Source of the DNA: Eledone cirrhosa
Taxonomy: Eukaryota
NCBI GenBank assembly: GCA_964016885.1
Contig: OZ024741.1
Coordinates: 316,076,001-316,140,000, forward strand
DNA: 64,000 nucleotides
Reading direction: 5' to 3'
Shown here: piece after piece, positions 1 to 15,964 of the stretch
How the letters are laid out: each line of letters opens with the position of its first letter
Numbering within the stretch: position 1 is the first letter of the stretch
Program-made: the position numbers and the translations under genes
The notes under the pieces: model-generated
What the model was told of the DNA's origin: nothing
Seen by the model: only the letters and a program-made list of their open reading frames with translations
Databases searched by the model: none

Positions 1-725
1 AATCAAGAGAAAAATCAAAGTAAAGAATTTTATTGATAAATTCCAACCCAAGCTAAATGAACAATAATAATGGGATATTACTCCTACTATGACTATGACT
101 ACGACCATGTCGACTACTACCACTAACAACAACAACAAGAATAATAATAATAAAAGTGATGTTGATGGTGAGGATTACTAGAAAATGCTATTTTCATCAT
201 TTCTAAAAATAGCAAAACAATTGATGCTTTGGATAGGGTCAAATAGTAGTCATTAGACATGCTCAACCAACCGTGACGCCTAAACCAATCAGCTTTAGTA
301 ATCCAGTGAAACTACACACCGATTGGTCGAAATACAGTTTGCAAGATTTAGCATTCTGTAGTCACTTTTCACCGTATATAAGGCACAAAATTTACCCATC
401 TCATTACAGTTGAAAATTGCAAACTTGACTGTCACCACAGAATATGAACCTGAAGATTGCGAAAGCATGAAAGTACTTGTGGAAAAACCACAGACCCTCC
501 ATCTCAACTCTACTTTTGAAAAGCAGAAGAACTGCGATACCGGTAAAGGAACCAAATAAATATATATATATTTTTTAAAATAAGACTCCAGTTGCATTTT
601 CGATTTCGCTAAGATGAAACAATTGTTCTCGGTATGGTGAACTGACTGTTGTGTAACCACTTCTACCTAACTCCTCCCTTGGACTGAGTGTTCTACCACT
701 ACGGATATTACCTTCCAGTGTTCCA

Positions 726-730
<5 letters not shown>
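1..730 (+). mobile_element. 3' end of a Penelope-like element (GIY-YIG C-terminus plus 3' UTR/pLTR), truncated by the window edge
   Basis: Frame 2 of 2-67 reads IKRKIKVKNFIDKFQPKLNEQ*, matching the R-K-E-FI-P-LN tail of PLE GIY-YIG endonucleases. A hammerhead-like core follows at 450 and the element ends in (AT)n. Confidence 0.55.
435..482 (+). ncRNA. Minimal type I hammerhead ribozyme-like motif
   Basis: CTGAAGA(450-456)-T TGC GAAA GCA T-GAAA(469-472)-G TA C-TT. Helix III is palindromic (AAGTACTT) and helix I is weak. Confidence 0.5.
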
Positions 731-770
<40 letters not shown>

Positions 771-780
771 TTATATATAT

Positions 781-1151
781 AAATGTAAGTATGCATGTAT
801 ACGTACATACATATATGTATACAGGCGTACAGTAGCATGCACATATATATATATATATACATATGCATACAGGTACACATACATATATGCACGTATCAGT
901 TTAGCGGCGCTAACGTCGCTTTGTTCGTTTGTAAACAAACTGAACAGCCTGAACCTATGCCATACGGTGTTAAGGCAACCACGTCACCTTTTTGTTCAAC
1001 ACTGACACAGGAACGATGTACTAGTTTCAAGCTTGTTAGCTATCATCAGCACCGTTCACCCATCTGCCAGATAGTTGAACGTTCGAAAGTATATACTTTC
1101 CTTATGAAAATTAACGGCTGAGCAGCCTAATTTGCATATTGAGTGAGTTAA
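781..1151 (+). mobile_element. Non-coding dispersed repeat, family A (PLE-pLTR-like), in (TA)n
   Basis: Near-identical to 12719-13134 (+) and to 13258-13525 plus 14466-14529 (reverse complement). Confidence 0.8.
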
Positions 1152-1251
1152 CCACGACGGCAGAGCTCAAGCCGTTTCGACGGCTCTTTCTGGACTAAAT
1201 GAATTTAGTCCAGAAATAGCCGTTGAGACGGCTTGAGCTCTGCCGTTGGGG
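1152..1251. repeat. Fold-back palindrome, family B (3' half of a hammerhead)
   Basis: gacggcagagctcaagccgtttcgacggct..ctggactaaat/atttagtccag..agccgt..ggcttgagctctgccgt. The same palindrome occurs at about 15030 and 34100. Confidence 0.85.
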
Positions 1252-1265
1252 TTAAACATTTTCTC

Positions 1266-1309
<44 letters not shown>

Positions 1310-1348
1310 TTAAAAGAAACCAAACAACGCTTACTTACTCAAACAGTT

Positions 1349-1408
1349 TTTATTTGCTTACAATGTTTCATCCATACCGTTTGGTAGGAATCCTCAGAAC
1401 TTAATAAA
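1349..1408 (-). ncRNA. Type I hammerhead ribozyme in PLE pLTR
   Basis: Reverse complement: tttattaagtt-CTGAGGA-TTCCTACC AAAC GGTATGGAT-GAAAC ATT GTA^agcaaataaa. Helices I and II both pair. Confidence 0.7.
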
Positions 1409-1529
1409 CACAGTGCTGAGTATAAGCTCCACAGAGCCTAGTCACAAGGATAGATATAAGGATAGATATATGAGTGGATAGATGGGTATATCATGTTATA
1501 GATGATAAATTATGAGGGATACTAGTTTA

Positions 1530-3880
1530 TATTTAGTGTAAGTATTTAAATTAAATTAAATTAACTGAGTCAATAAGATTACTTATATGTTTTAATGTTT
1601 ACATTGGAAAAATATTGAAAATCCCAGTTTTGTTTATTTATTAGTTATTATGAGATAATTTTGACAAATATATGTTTAAATATATATTTAGCCAGAGTTA
1701 GTTATTGGTTATAACTCTAATATTAAATAATTACAAAAAATTATAAAAAGTTAAAAAATTAATTAAAAGTATAAGAAAATACTAAAACCATTTAAAAATT
1801 AAGACTATAAAATATTAACAATTCTAGACAAAATTCTTGAAAATTCCTGGAAAAACTTTCCAAGAGATTTTTAAAAGATCTCAAAAAGACTCCGAAGATA
1901 CTCAAAAACCTTTTTAAAATATTTAAAAAGTCTTTAAAATTAATTAAAAACCTAAAATTATTCAGGAAATATAATTAAAAACCTAAAATTATTCAAAAAT
2001 ATAAAGAAATATTAAGAAATATTTAAAAATACTTTAAAATATTTTAAAATATTTAAAAATATTAGAAAAATACTAAAAAATATATTAAAAATATTAAGGT
2101 GACCCAAAAATTGGAAATAAGTAATTTAAAATATAATTTTAAGTAATTTTTCTAAAAAGATTATGAGATATTTTGGAAGTAAGATAAATAAAGATAAAAA
2201 AATAAAGATATTTAAGAAGTAAAAATATTAAAAAGTAATGATTAAGAAGTAAATTATATATATTTAAGAAGTAAAAGATATTAAAACTATTTTTTGCATT
2301 AAATTTAAAGATTTAGAATTTAGAATTTAGAATTTAGAAGTTATGAACATTATGCATATAATTTATGAAATGAGATTATAGGTGTTTTGATAAAGTGAAC
2401 ATTATGTAGAGAAGATTAAACGTATAATTATATTTTATATATAGATCTAAAAGTTGAGTTTTGGCGATGTTTACAAGAAATATATAAATTGTTACGTAAA
2501 TTAATGGAGTTCTTACATTTAAGTATGAAGAAGATTTCTTCAACACACAAATTGCAAAATTTGGATCTAGCTGTAAATTGTAAGCAGGTGCTTTCTGAAA
2601 ATATATTCCAAGATAAAGAATAGTCTCTATTTTTGGATTTTAAGTTCCATATCAAGTTGGATAGAGAAGTTGAAGATTTGTTACCAATATTATTGAACGA
2701 GCATTTATGGTTATTGAAACGAGATTTAAAGACTGTAGAAGTTGAGCCAACATAGTTAAAAATATTATCATTGGTTTTGACATTGCATTTATAGACCACA
2801 TTTTTAACTAAACAGTAATTTTTTAAAGGACAGTTAGATTTAATTCTACAATTCCATTTATCAGAGTGTATATTATTCGGAACAGTATTATTATATTGGA
2901 TATTGCTAGAGGTATTAGTGCTATTCTGGTTAAGGTTTAGATTTCTATTATTGATTCTATTTATATTTTGTGCTAGGTAGTAGAGTAAGATAGTTTAATT
3001 GTAAAAATTTTTTTTTAAATACTTATTTCCCAAAAAACTATTTTTTGCGTCACCTTAATATTTTGAATATATTAAAATATTAAGGTGACCCAAAAAATAG
3101 TTTTAATATCTTTTTACTTCTTAAATATATATAATTTACTTCTTAAATCATTAATTTTTAAATATTTTTACTTCTTAAATATCTTTATTTTTTATCTTTA
3201 TTTATCTTACTTCCAAAAGATCTCATAATCTTTTTAGAAAAATTACTTAAAATTTTTTTTAAATTACTTATTTCCAAAAATAAAACTCTTTTTTGGGTCA
3301 CCTTAATATTTTTAATATATTTTTTAGTATTTTTCTAATATTTTAAAATAATTTAAAATATTTTAAAGTATTTTTAAATATTTCTTAATATTTTTTTATA
3401 TTTTTGAATAATTTTAGGTTTTTAATTATATTTCTTGAATAATTTCAGGTTTTTAATTAATTTTAAACACTTTTTAAATGTTTTTAAAAGTTTTTTGTGT
3501 ATCTTCGAAGTCTTTTTGAGATCTTTTAAAAATCTCTTGGAAAGTTTTTCCAGGAATTTTCAAGAATTTTGTCTAGAATTGTTAATATTTTATAGTCTTA
3601 ATTTTTAAATGGTTTTAGTATTTTCTTATACTTTTAATTAATTTTTTAACTTTTTATAATTTTTTGTAATTATTTAATATTAGAGTTATAACCAATAACT
3701 AACTCTGGCTAAATATATCTTTAAACATATCTTTGTCAAAATTATCTCATAATAATTAATAAAAAAACAAAACTGGGATTTTCAAAATTTTTCCTAATGT
3801 AAAACATTAAAACATATAAGTAATCTTATTGACTCAGTTAATTTAATTTAATTTAATTTAATTTAAATACTTACACTAAA
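1530..3880. repeat. Inverted repeat of about 750-800 bp (1530-2290 vs about 3030-3880) flanking the EN domain
   Basis: For example ttagccagagttagttattggttataactc (1688) is the reverse complement of gagttataaccaataactaactctggctaa (3683). This is a PLE-type inverted 3' UTR copy. Confidence 0.9.
2428..2870 (-). pseudogene. GIY-YIG endonuclease domain of a PLE
   Basis: ORF 2428-2799 contains VVYKC...YVG, R..NH and C..C.EE motifs, preceded by a Cys cluster. Confidence 0.85.
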
Positions 3881-4345
3881 TATATCTTTATTTTTAATAT
3901 ATCTTTATTTTTTCTATAAATCTAATTTTCTATATACTTATAATAGTAAATAAATATAAATTTATTATAATAAATATAAATTTATTATAATAGAATTCTA
4001 ACAATTATTAGTAAATATACGTAACATAAATATGTAACATAAACATAAGACTTATTTACGTTATATGAACTCATCCTTGGATAAGCTTCTTTCTTCGCTC
4101 TTTCTTCACTTTATTTCTTTACTCTACTTCTACATATACTAATATTTTATTTTATTTTATTTTCTCTCTCTTCTTCCCACAGCGTAATTTAAATAAACGG
4201 TTGTTTTTTCCAATTTTTCAGACATTCATTTGCATATTCACACAGAACTTTGAATTACCCTCAATAAAATGTTCACTAATCAGCGAATTTTCAACCGTCA
4301 AGGTTGTTTTCCACGGTTATGTCACTATTTATGAAACAAATTTTG

Positions 4346-4410
4346 TATTTTATCTGATGAAAGCGCACCAAGACTGCATTGGTTGCCCTTGAAATATATA
4401 TAATAAAATA
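4346..4410 (+). ncRNA. Minimal type I hammerhead ribozyme
   Basis: tattttat-CTGATGA-helix II (aagcgcacca..tggttgccctt)-GAAA T ATAT A TA^ataaaata. Perfect 8-bp helix I and a palindromic helix III loop. Confidence 0.85.
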
Positions 4411-4539
4411 ATTATGGTTTTATAAATATAGTTTCCATTTATTAATATATTGAATATTTACTCCAGTGATTGTTGAGTGCTCTATATCAGTTATAAACTT
4501 TTAAGTTTGTTGGAATCCCAACAAATTAAATATAACTTC

Positions 4540-4608
<69 letters not shown>

Positions 4609-4828
4609 ATATTAAATAAATGGAAACTATATTTATAAAACCATATTTATTCTATTATATATATTTTAAGGATACCAAAATTTTGGTTCGCACTCATCAG
4701 ATAAAATACAAAGTTTGTTTTATAAATATTGACATAAGCAGGAAAGAATAACTTAACGGTTCAAGTTTTTCCTGGAACCGTTCAGTTATTCTTTCCTGGT
4801 TGTGTCAATATTTATAAAACAAACTTTG

Positions 4829-4889
4829 TATTTTATCTGATGAGATCGTACCAAAGTTTTGGTACCCGTGAAATATATATAATAGAATA
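4829..4889 (+). ncRNA. Minimal type I hammerhead ribozyme
   Basis: tattttat-CTGATGA-gatc gtaccaaa gt tttggtac ccgt-GAAA TATATA TA^atagaata. Confidence 0.8.
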
Positions 4890-5033
4890 AATATGCTTTT
4901 ATAAATATAGTTTCCATTTATTTAATATAATTGAATATTACACTCCAGAAAATCTGTCGAGTGCTTTGAATCAGTTATAAACATTTATATTTGTTGAATT
5001 ACCAACTAATTCAATATCCATTTTGCTTATATA

Positions 5034-5080
<47 letters not shown>

Positions 5081-5083
<3 letters not shown>

Positions 5084-5492
5084 AACTCTGGATATCGGTG
5101 AGCATGTCCAGCTAACCTCAGTCTCCTCTGTGTCACTTTTGAGCTGACTTTTGGGATGCTCCCATACAGCTCTGAGTTTTTCATCCTCGTATATACTGAT
5201 TAATGTTCAGAGCCATCCTCAGCATTCTCGTGTAGCACCCATCCACCATCTGAGTGAGTTTCTTGGTCAGTGTCCAAGTCTCAGACCCATACAGCAGCAC
5301 AGACTCCACTACAGCAATGAAGAGGCGGACTTACATGGACACACTAGAAGAGGAAAACCAAGGTTAACGTATGTTGATGCCCTAAGGACAGACACTGGTC
5401 TGTTGGAGACGCAGGACATGGCAGCGATAATGAGGGACAGAGACCGCTGGAGAGAACTCGTCCATGGATCTCGGGAATTTTACCCGCCTTAG
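5081..5492. mobile_element. RTE-type LINE 3' fragment with 5' inversion
   Basis: Minus strand 5320 to 5081 reads VVESVLLYGSETWTLT..DGCYTRMLRMAL..RRLRLAGH. Plus strand 5330-5492 reads HGHTRRGKPRLTYVD..DRDRWR. Flanked by (TA)n. Confidence 0.8.
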
Positions 5493-5519
<27 letters not shown>

Positions 5520-5524
<5 letters not shown>

Positions 5525-5593
5525 TGCAAAATACACTATATATACATTCATATATATATCCCTATTTCAGAACACCAATTCTAATTTTATATA

Positions 5594-5637
<44 letters not shown>

Positions 5638-6205
5638 TAGAATTGGTGCTCTGAAATAGCGATATTTATATGAATGTATATATAGTGTATTTTGCAATAC
5701 ACTGTATGCTTAATTAAAATCATTTTGAAGACCATACGCTATATAAACAGAGCTCTGTCAGTTTCTCTCCCCTATTTGCTGAAAATTGAAATAAGTGACA
5801 TTGTCACTATTATAAAACAATAGCGTATAGTCTTCAAAATGGTTTTAATTAAGCATACAGTGTATTGCAAAATACACTATATATACATTCATATATATAT
5901 CACTATTTCAGAGCACCAATTCTAATTTTCAATTTCTGCTGGACCGGCGACCGCCCTTTATAATCAGTTCCTGATTATTACTGGAATTCTATAAGAATCC
6001 AACACACATAATTTTCAGCAAACAGGTAGAGTAGTGAGCTTTGATAAGTACCAAAAAGTACGAAACAGAGCTCTGTCAGTTTATCTCCCCTGTTTGCTGA
6101 AAATTTAAATAAGTGACATTGTCACTATTTTAAAACAATAGCGTAAGGTCTTCAAAATGCTTTTGATTAAGCATACAGTGTATTGCAAAATACACTATAT
6201 ATACA

Positions 6206-6210
<5 letters not shown>
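5520..6210 (+). mobile_element. Retrozyme-like unit, family D: 318-nt tandem monomer with an inverted 5' piece, in (TA)n
   Basis: aaacagagctctgtcagttt recurs at 5745 and 6063. 5636-5742 is the reverse complement of about 5818-5928. There is no ORF, and a complete HHR lies at 6010-6105. Confidence 0.75.
6010..6105 (+). ncRNA. Type I hammerhead ribozyme, U3-A8 core variant
   Basis: gagct-TTGATAA(6041-6047)-GTAC caaaaa GTAC-GAAAC AGAGCTCT GTC^agttt. Distal helix I aattttcagcaaacagg/cctgtttgctgaaaatt (17 bp). Confidence 0.85.
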
Positions 6211-6292
<82 letters not shown>

Positions 6293-6379
6293 TGTATGTA
6301 TTCATATATTAAGAGTTCACTGGAATTTCATGGGTGTGAAGGTCACCATCATCGCTGTTGTTATTGCTACTGTAACCGG

Positions 6380-7495
6380 TGTAGGTGATAGTGATGGTGA
6401 TGGTGATGGTGTTGTTGGTGATGGTGATGGTGTTGTTGGTGATAGTGGTGGTGATGGTGATGGTATTTTTGGTGGTGGTGATGGTGGTGGTGATGGTGTT
6501 GTTGGTGTAGTGATGGTGATGGTGATGGTGTTGTTGGTGATGGTGATGGTGTTGTTGGTGATAGTGATGGTGATGGTGATGGTATTGTTGGTGGTGGTGA
6601 TGGTGGTGGTGATGGTGTTGTTGGTGTAGTGATGGTGATGGTGTTGTTGGTGATGGTGATGGTGTTGTTGGTGATAGTGATGGTGTTGTTCGTGATAGTG
6701 ATGGTGATGGTGATGCTGCTGTAGGTGATGGTGATGCTGATGGTGATAGTGATGGTGATGGTGAAAGTGATGGTGTTGTAGGTGCTGGTGTTCGTGCTAG
6801 TGCTGATGATGGTGATGGTGATGCTGATGAGGTTTGGTTTTTGTAATATAATGTTTATTGTCGAAGGTGGTCGGCGTCTATGTTTAATTAGTTAATGGAT
6901 GATTTCTACCTTCTTTTAACAGAACACTTAAGTTTCTAGTGCTGATGGTGGTGATGATGATGTTGCTGGTGGTAGTGGTGGTGATGGTGATGTTGTTGTT
7001 GGTGGTGGTGGTGATGGGGATGGTGTTGTTGTTGTTGTTGTTGGTGGTGGTGATGATGTTGTTGTTGTTGTTGGTGGTGATGTTGTTGTTGGTGGTGGTG
7101 GTGATGGGGATGTTGTTGTTGTTGTTGTTGGTGGTGGTGGTGATGATGTTGTTGTTGTTGGTGGTGGTGGTGGTGATGTTGTTGTTGGTGGTGGTGATGG
7201 TGGTAATGTTGTTGTTGTTGTTGTTTTTGTTGTTGGTGATGATGACGGTGATGTTGTTGTTATTGGTGGTGGTGATGTTGTTGTTGCTGTTGGTGGTGGC
7301 GGTGGTGTTGTTGTTGGTGGTGGTGATGATGATGTTGTTGTTGGTAGTGATGATGATGATGTTGTTGTTGGTGGTTGTGGTGATGTTGTTGTTGTTGGTG
7401 GTGGGGGTGATGTTGTTGTTGTTGTTGGTGGTGGTGATGTTGTTGTTGATGTTGGTGGTGGTGTTGTTGTTGTTGATGTTGGTGAATCTAATGAT
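6380..7495. repeat. Degenerate (GGT/GAT/GTT)n trinucleotide arrays (6380-6830, 6940-7495)
   Basis: Seen directly. These give the poly-V/M/L pseudo-ORFs. Confidence 0.95.
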
Positions 7496-7734
7496 GTTGT
7501 TCTTGTTCTGTTCCTTTAGTGCAGATCTGACTATTCATTTTTCTGTTTTTTTATAGTGTTTCAATGATGATGATGATGATGGCAATGATGCTGACGATAT
7601 TTAACCACAGGTCCGATGCGATCAATCAGAGTTTGTTAAAAGCGTTCCAGCTTTGCCCATAGTCCCTTTTTTAGGGGAATGAGTTATCTAGGATTACACT
7701 ATCTAATGTGCCCCACTCCTGTTTGGAATAAATT

Positions 7735-9664
<1,930 letters not shown>

Positions 9665-10427
9665 TATACAGTTGCTATGTGTGATCTTTTGGTTGAATTT
9701 TTCAAACTTCTCAGTAATGGAGTAAGTGCAAGTTTCTAACCAAGAAACATGGCCAATTGAATTAAACTTAACCAAGTAAGTGTAGGTAAAGGTGCATATA
9801 TGTATGAGTGTGTGCATGTATACGTGTTCGTCTGTATACGATCGTGCATGCACCTGTAATCATGGATGTCCTTACATGAGTGGGTTTGTATACAATTTTA
9901 CTTATCGATGTGTACATATACATCTGTTGGTAATTATATGTGTATAAATACATTTATTTTAGTCAAAAGTTCTGGAATGTTTTACATATTTTCACAATTC
10001 CACTAATAACCTGTAGCATTAATTTTCTAACGAACCGCGTCATTTTTTATCTTCCTATGCACTATTCTTAAGCAACGGTTCCGAGACAATTACGTATATA
10101 AAGACTCCAGTAAATACTCGTATAAATCTAAAGCCTGAGTAGAGTATCTGCTAATTTCTCATTAATTCAGTTAATGGAGCTTGTTTTTGCATTTTTAACA
10201 TTATGGGCAACTAATTTTCTTTTACGTTTTTTATATTGTGGGCAACTAATTTTCCCTTGTTTTGTTCACCTTTTCTCAATCACACATCATTATGTCTGCT
10301 CTGTTATGAACACATTTTACTGAGTCTTTAATAAAGACAGTCTACCACTACTATGTTTTAATATCTAAGGAAGTCCTCAATATCCCTATGATTCCTTATA
10401 TCATATCTTCCAGATTGAAAATAAAAC

Positions 10428-10770
10428 AGGCGGGATTGGTTGCGTGGTTGAATAGTTTACTTTGTTACCACATGGTTCTGGGCTCATTCCTGTTATCAGC
10501 ACTTTGGGAAATTACCCTCTACTATATCATCGTTTGACCAATGCTTTGTGAGTGGAATTTTGTAGACAGAAACTCTCAGAAGTCCATCATATATATATGA
10601 GGGTGGAGGGTGCGTGTGTGTATCGTAACCTAGCCGTTCAACAAAAGACAAAATAGTTCCATAACATAAGCAACAGACTTGAAAACATTAGTAGAGACTT
10701 CGATGTGATCGCCTAAATAAAGGTGGTGCCACAGTATGGCCGCAGTCTTATGACCGAAAGCAGTGAAATA
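10428..10770 (+). mobile_element. tRNA-derived SINE (CORE-like, octopus OR-type), degenerate
   Basis: A/B-box-like head, then gcactttgggaaat..tctactata, gaccaatgctttgtgagtggaattttgtagacagaaact, and tail aaggtggtgccacagtatggccgcag..tgaccgaaa. Homologous to 21045-21400. Confidence 0.7.
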
Positions 10771-11259
10771 AAACTATATATAGTATTATTCGTGATGTAA
10801 TAGGTTAAAAACATACACCAGCACCGACCGTGTGTGTCCAACTTTCTGGATGTCAGTCAATATAAGAAAACAATACAGCCATCTCGTTTATATACTGCTT
10901 AGACTATTTCTTTCATTCTAAATAATCAATCCGTATTCATCTGGTAATATGGACTAATCAATATCGGGAGATAGACATATCGATAAAATATAAAACGAAA
11001 AAGAAAGTCGTTATTTGTTTTTTATTGTATCTTTTTTTTATACTTCGAATAAAAAAAATAGTGGATACGATGACAAAGATTATGTAAAGCTGTATTCTCT
11101 TATAGCATGTCTGTTTTATATGAGTTTAGAGACACATATATACACATACATAAACACATGCACAAATATACTGCATAAAGAAACGCACAAACAAAATATA
11201 TACACACATACACAAATATGCATAATACACAAGCACAAATGTACATTCATCCACACCCC

Positions 11260-11304
<45 letters not shown>

Positions 11305-11336
11305 GTATATATTTAAATACGCACACAAAAAAAACA

Positions 11337-11459
<123 letters not shown>

Positions 11460-11499
11460 CTGCATACTGTGGTGCCGGTAAACAACCAACATATACTCA

Positions 11500-11560
<61 letters not shown>

Positions 11561-11652
11561 AATTAAGTGCTTATGCAAACGTAAATGACTCATCGGACAT
11601 ATAAATCAAAACGTCACACCCGCCCACATATATATACGCACTATATATATAA

Positions 11653-11708
<56 letters not shown>

Positions 11709-12074
11709 GCAAGGATCCTTTACAGAAGTGTCCGGGTTTCATTGATTTTCCCTCAACTGCAATATGTCGCACATCAGCTGAGGGACGTTAAGACATCAAT
11801 GCTAACTCTGTTACAAGTTCCTTCACGATTTATTCAGAGTGAAAGAGAGATAGTGAGTGAGGGGAAGAAAGAGTAAAAAGGGGTGAGATACACTATCGAC
11901 CTTCTTTTATATATATTTATCAATTGTTTGTAATATTATTTTTATTTTCTTTCACATCATTCAAAAGAAATATAAAAGTGTTTTATGGAAATTGTACGCC
12001 AATGTTTCTCCGCCTATTCCCCTATTAATTTCGTCTATCTTTTTTATTGCTTTATTATATGTGCATATATATAT

Positions 12075-12660
<586 letters not shown>

Positions 12661-12661
12661 A

Positions 12662-14698
<2,037 letters not shown>

Positions 14699-14702
14699 AT
14701 GT

Positions 14703-14897
14703 GAAGGCGTGTGGCTGAGTGGATAGAGAATTGGATTCACAATCGTGAGGACCGGGCGATGCGTTATGTCCTTGAGCAACACACTTTACTTCACGTTGCT
14801 CCTTCTACCTGGAGTTGCGACCGATAGATATATTAGCAACTGTAAAGATCGACGGAAACATTGTTTCCTCGGTCTGATTTGACGAAAGTCGATCGAT
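14703..14897 (+). mobile_element. tRNA-derived SINE (V-domain-like gtccttgagcaa.acactt)
   Basis: Head ggcgtgtggctgagtgg. Homologous to 57522-57770 (-) and 53166-53284. Confidence 0.7.
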
Positions 14898-14898
14898 A

Positions 14899-14929
<31 letters not shown>

Positions 14930-14930
14930 T

Positions 14931-15125
14931 ATAACGAAGGAAATGTGGTAAGGAACCAGGTGGACCATAAGGTACCAAAGTACTCAATACTTAGGGTAGT
15001 ATAATGGGTAATAGGAAAAAGTACGACCCTGACGGCAGAGCTCAAGCCGTTTCGACGGCTATTTCAGTCCAGAAATAGCCGTCGAAACGGCTTGAGCTCT
15101 GCCGTCGGGGTCATACTTTATCCTT
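14931..15125 (-). mobile_element. Family B element: PLE-like 3' end with HHR 3' half and a fold-back palindrome, in (TA)n
   Basis: Palindrome at 15026-15112 centred on tatttcagtccagaaata. The long arm matches 32725-32810 and 34005-34100. Confidence 0.85.
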
Positions 15126-15148
15126 TATATATATATATATAATACCAG

Positions 15149-15188
<40 letters not shown>

Positions 15189-15822
15189 CTGGTAATAGTA
15201 TTACAGCTTACTACAATATATATGTATATATAGTCATGACGCCAGCAGCAGAGGGTATCGAACCACTTGTAAGGGATGTTTAATTACCCCTCCTCAACAC
15301 ATCTCGGAAATTTTAAGTGAAGGTCAAACAGATCTGTGACTTTTGGTTCCTAATTAGTGACCTCGTGGGAAAGACATGACAGGATAAATAGACATACTTT
15401 ACAAACACACGCGCGCGCACATACTCACACACGCACATACTCGCGCGCACATACTCGCACACACACACACGCACACACACACACACACACTCACTTTATA
15501 TATATATATATATATATATATGGGTGTTCGTGTGTGTATGTGTGTGTATATGCTAATCTATGTGTAAACACACATATGTCTGTATGCTCTAATGTATGAA
15601 TATTCCTCTTTCTAGGCGTGGATGTGTGTGTGAGTGTGTGAGTGTGTGTGTGTGCGTGTGCGTGTGTGTGTGTGCGTGTGCGTGCGTGTGTGTGTGTGTG
15701 TGTGTGTGCATGTAAAAATAGGCATACTTATATTGTCAAGTATATTCATGTATATACTTACGTATCTCTCTCTCTCTCTCTCTCTCTCCCTCTCTCTTTC
15801 TTCTCTCTCTCTCTCTCTCTCC

Positions 15823-15853
<31 letters not shown>

Positions 15854-15964
15854 CTGGTAGTGTGTAGGGGAGCATGGGCGAATGGTTAAAAAGTTCAGTT
15901 TGCAATGATAAGATCCCGCGTTCGATCCCATTGCCTAGCATCTTTACCATAGCCTTCGGTGAGG

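Larger units (their letters stand above)
1310..3003 (-). mobile_element. 5'-truncated Naiad-type Penelope-like element (linker, GIY-YIG EN, AT-rich 3' UTR, HHR)
   Basis: Minus strand reads IKLSYS..(W)NCRIKSNCPLKNYC-LVKNVVYKC..YVGST..FKSRFNNH..CNLCVEE..SCKHR. Homologous to 54005-54590. Confidence 0.85.
4190..5028 (+). mobile_element. PLE pLTR cluster, family C: direct copy, (TA)n, inverted copy (4602-4770), direct copy (4775-5028)
   Basis: The copies are mutually homologous and match the 3' end of the PLE at 55680-55845 and the inverted piece at 53303-53400. Confidence 0.85.

Noticed and set aside
4660-4708. Minus-strand HHR in the inverted family C copy
   Set aside because: GAAA is mutated to AAAA (G12 lost), so it is counted only as part of the repeat.
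6939-7556. 205-aa hydrophobic ORF
   Set aside because: It is a trinucleotide repeat, not a membrane protein.
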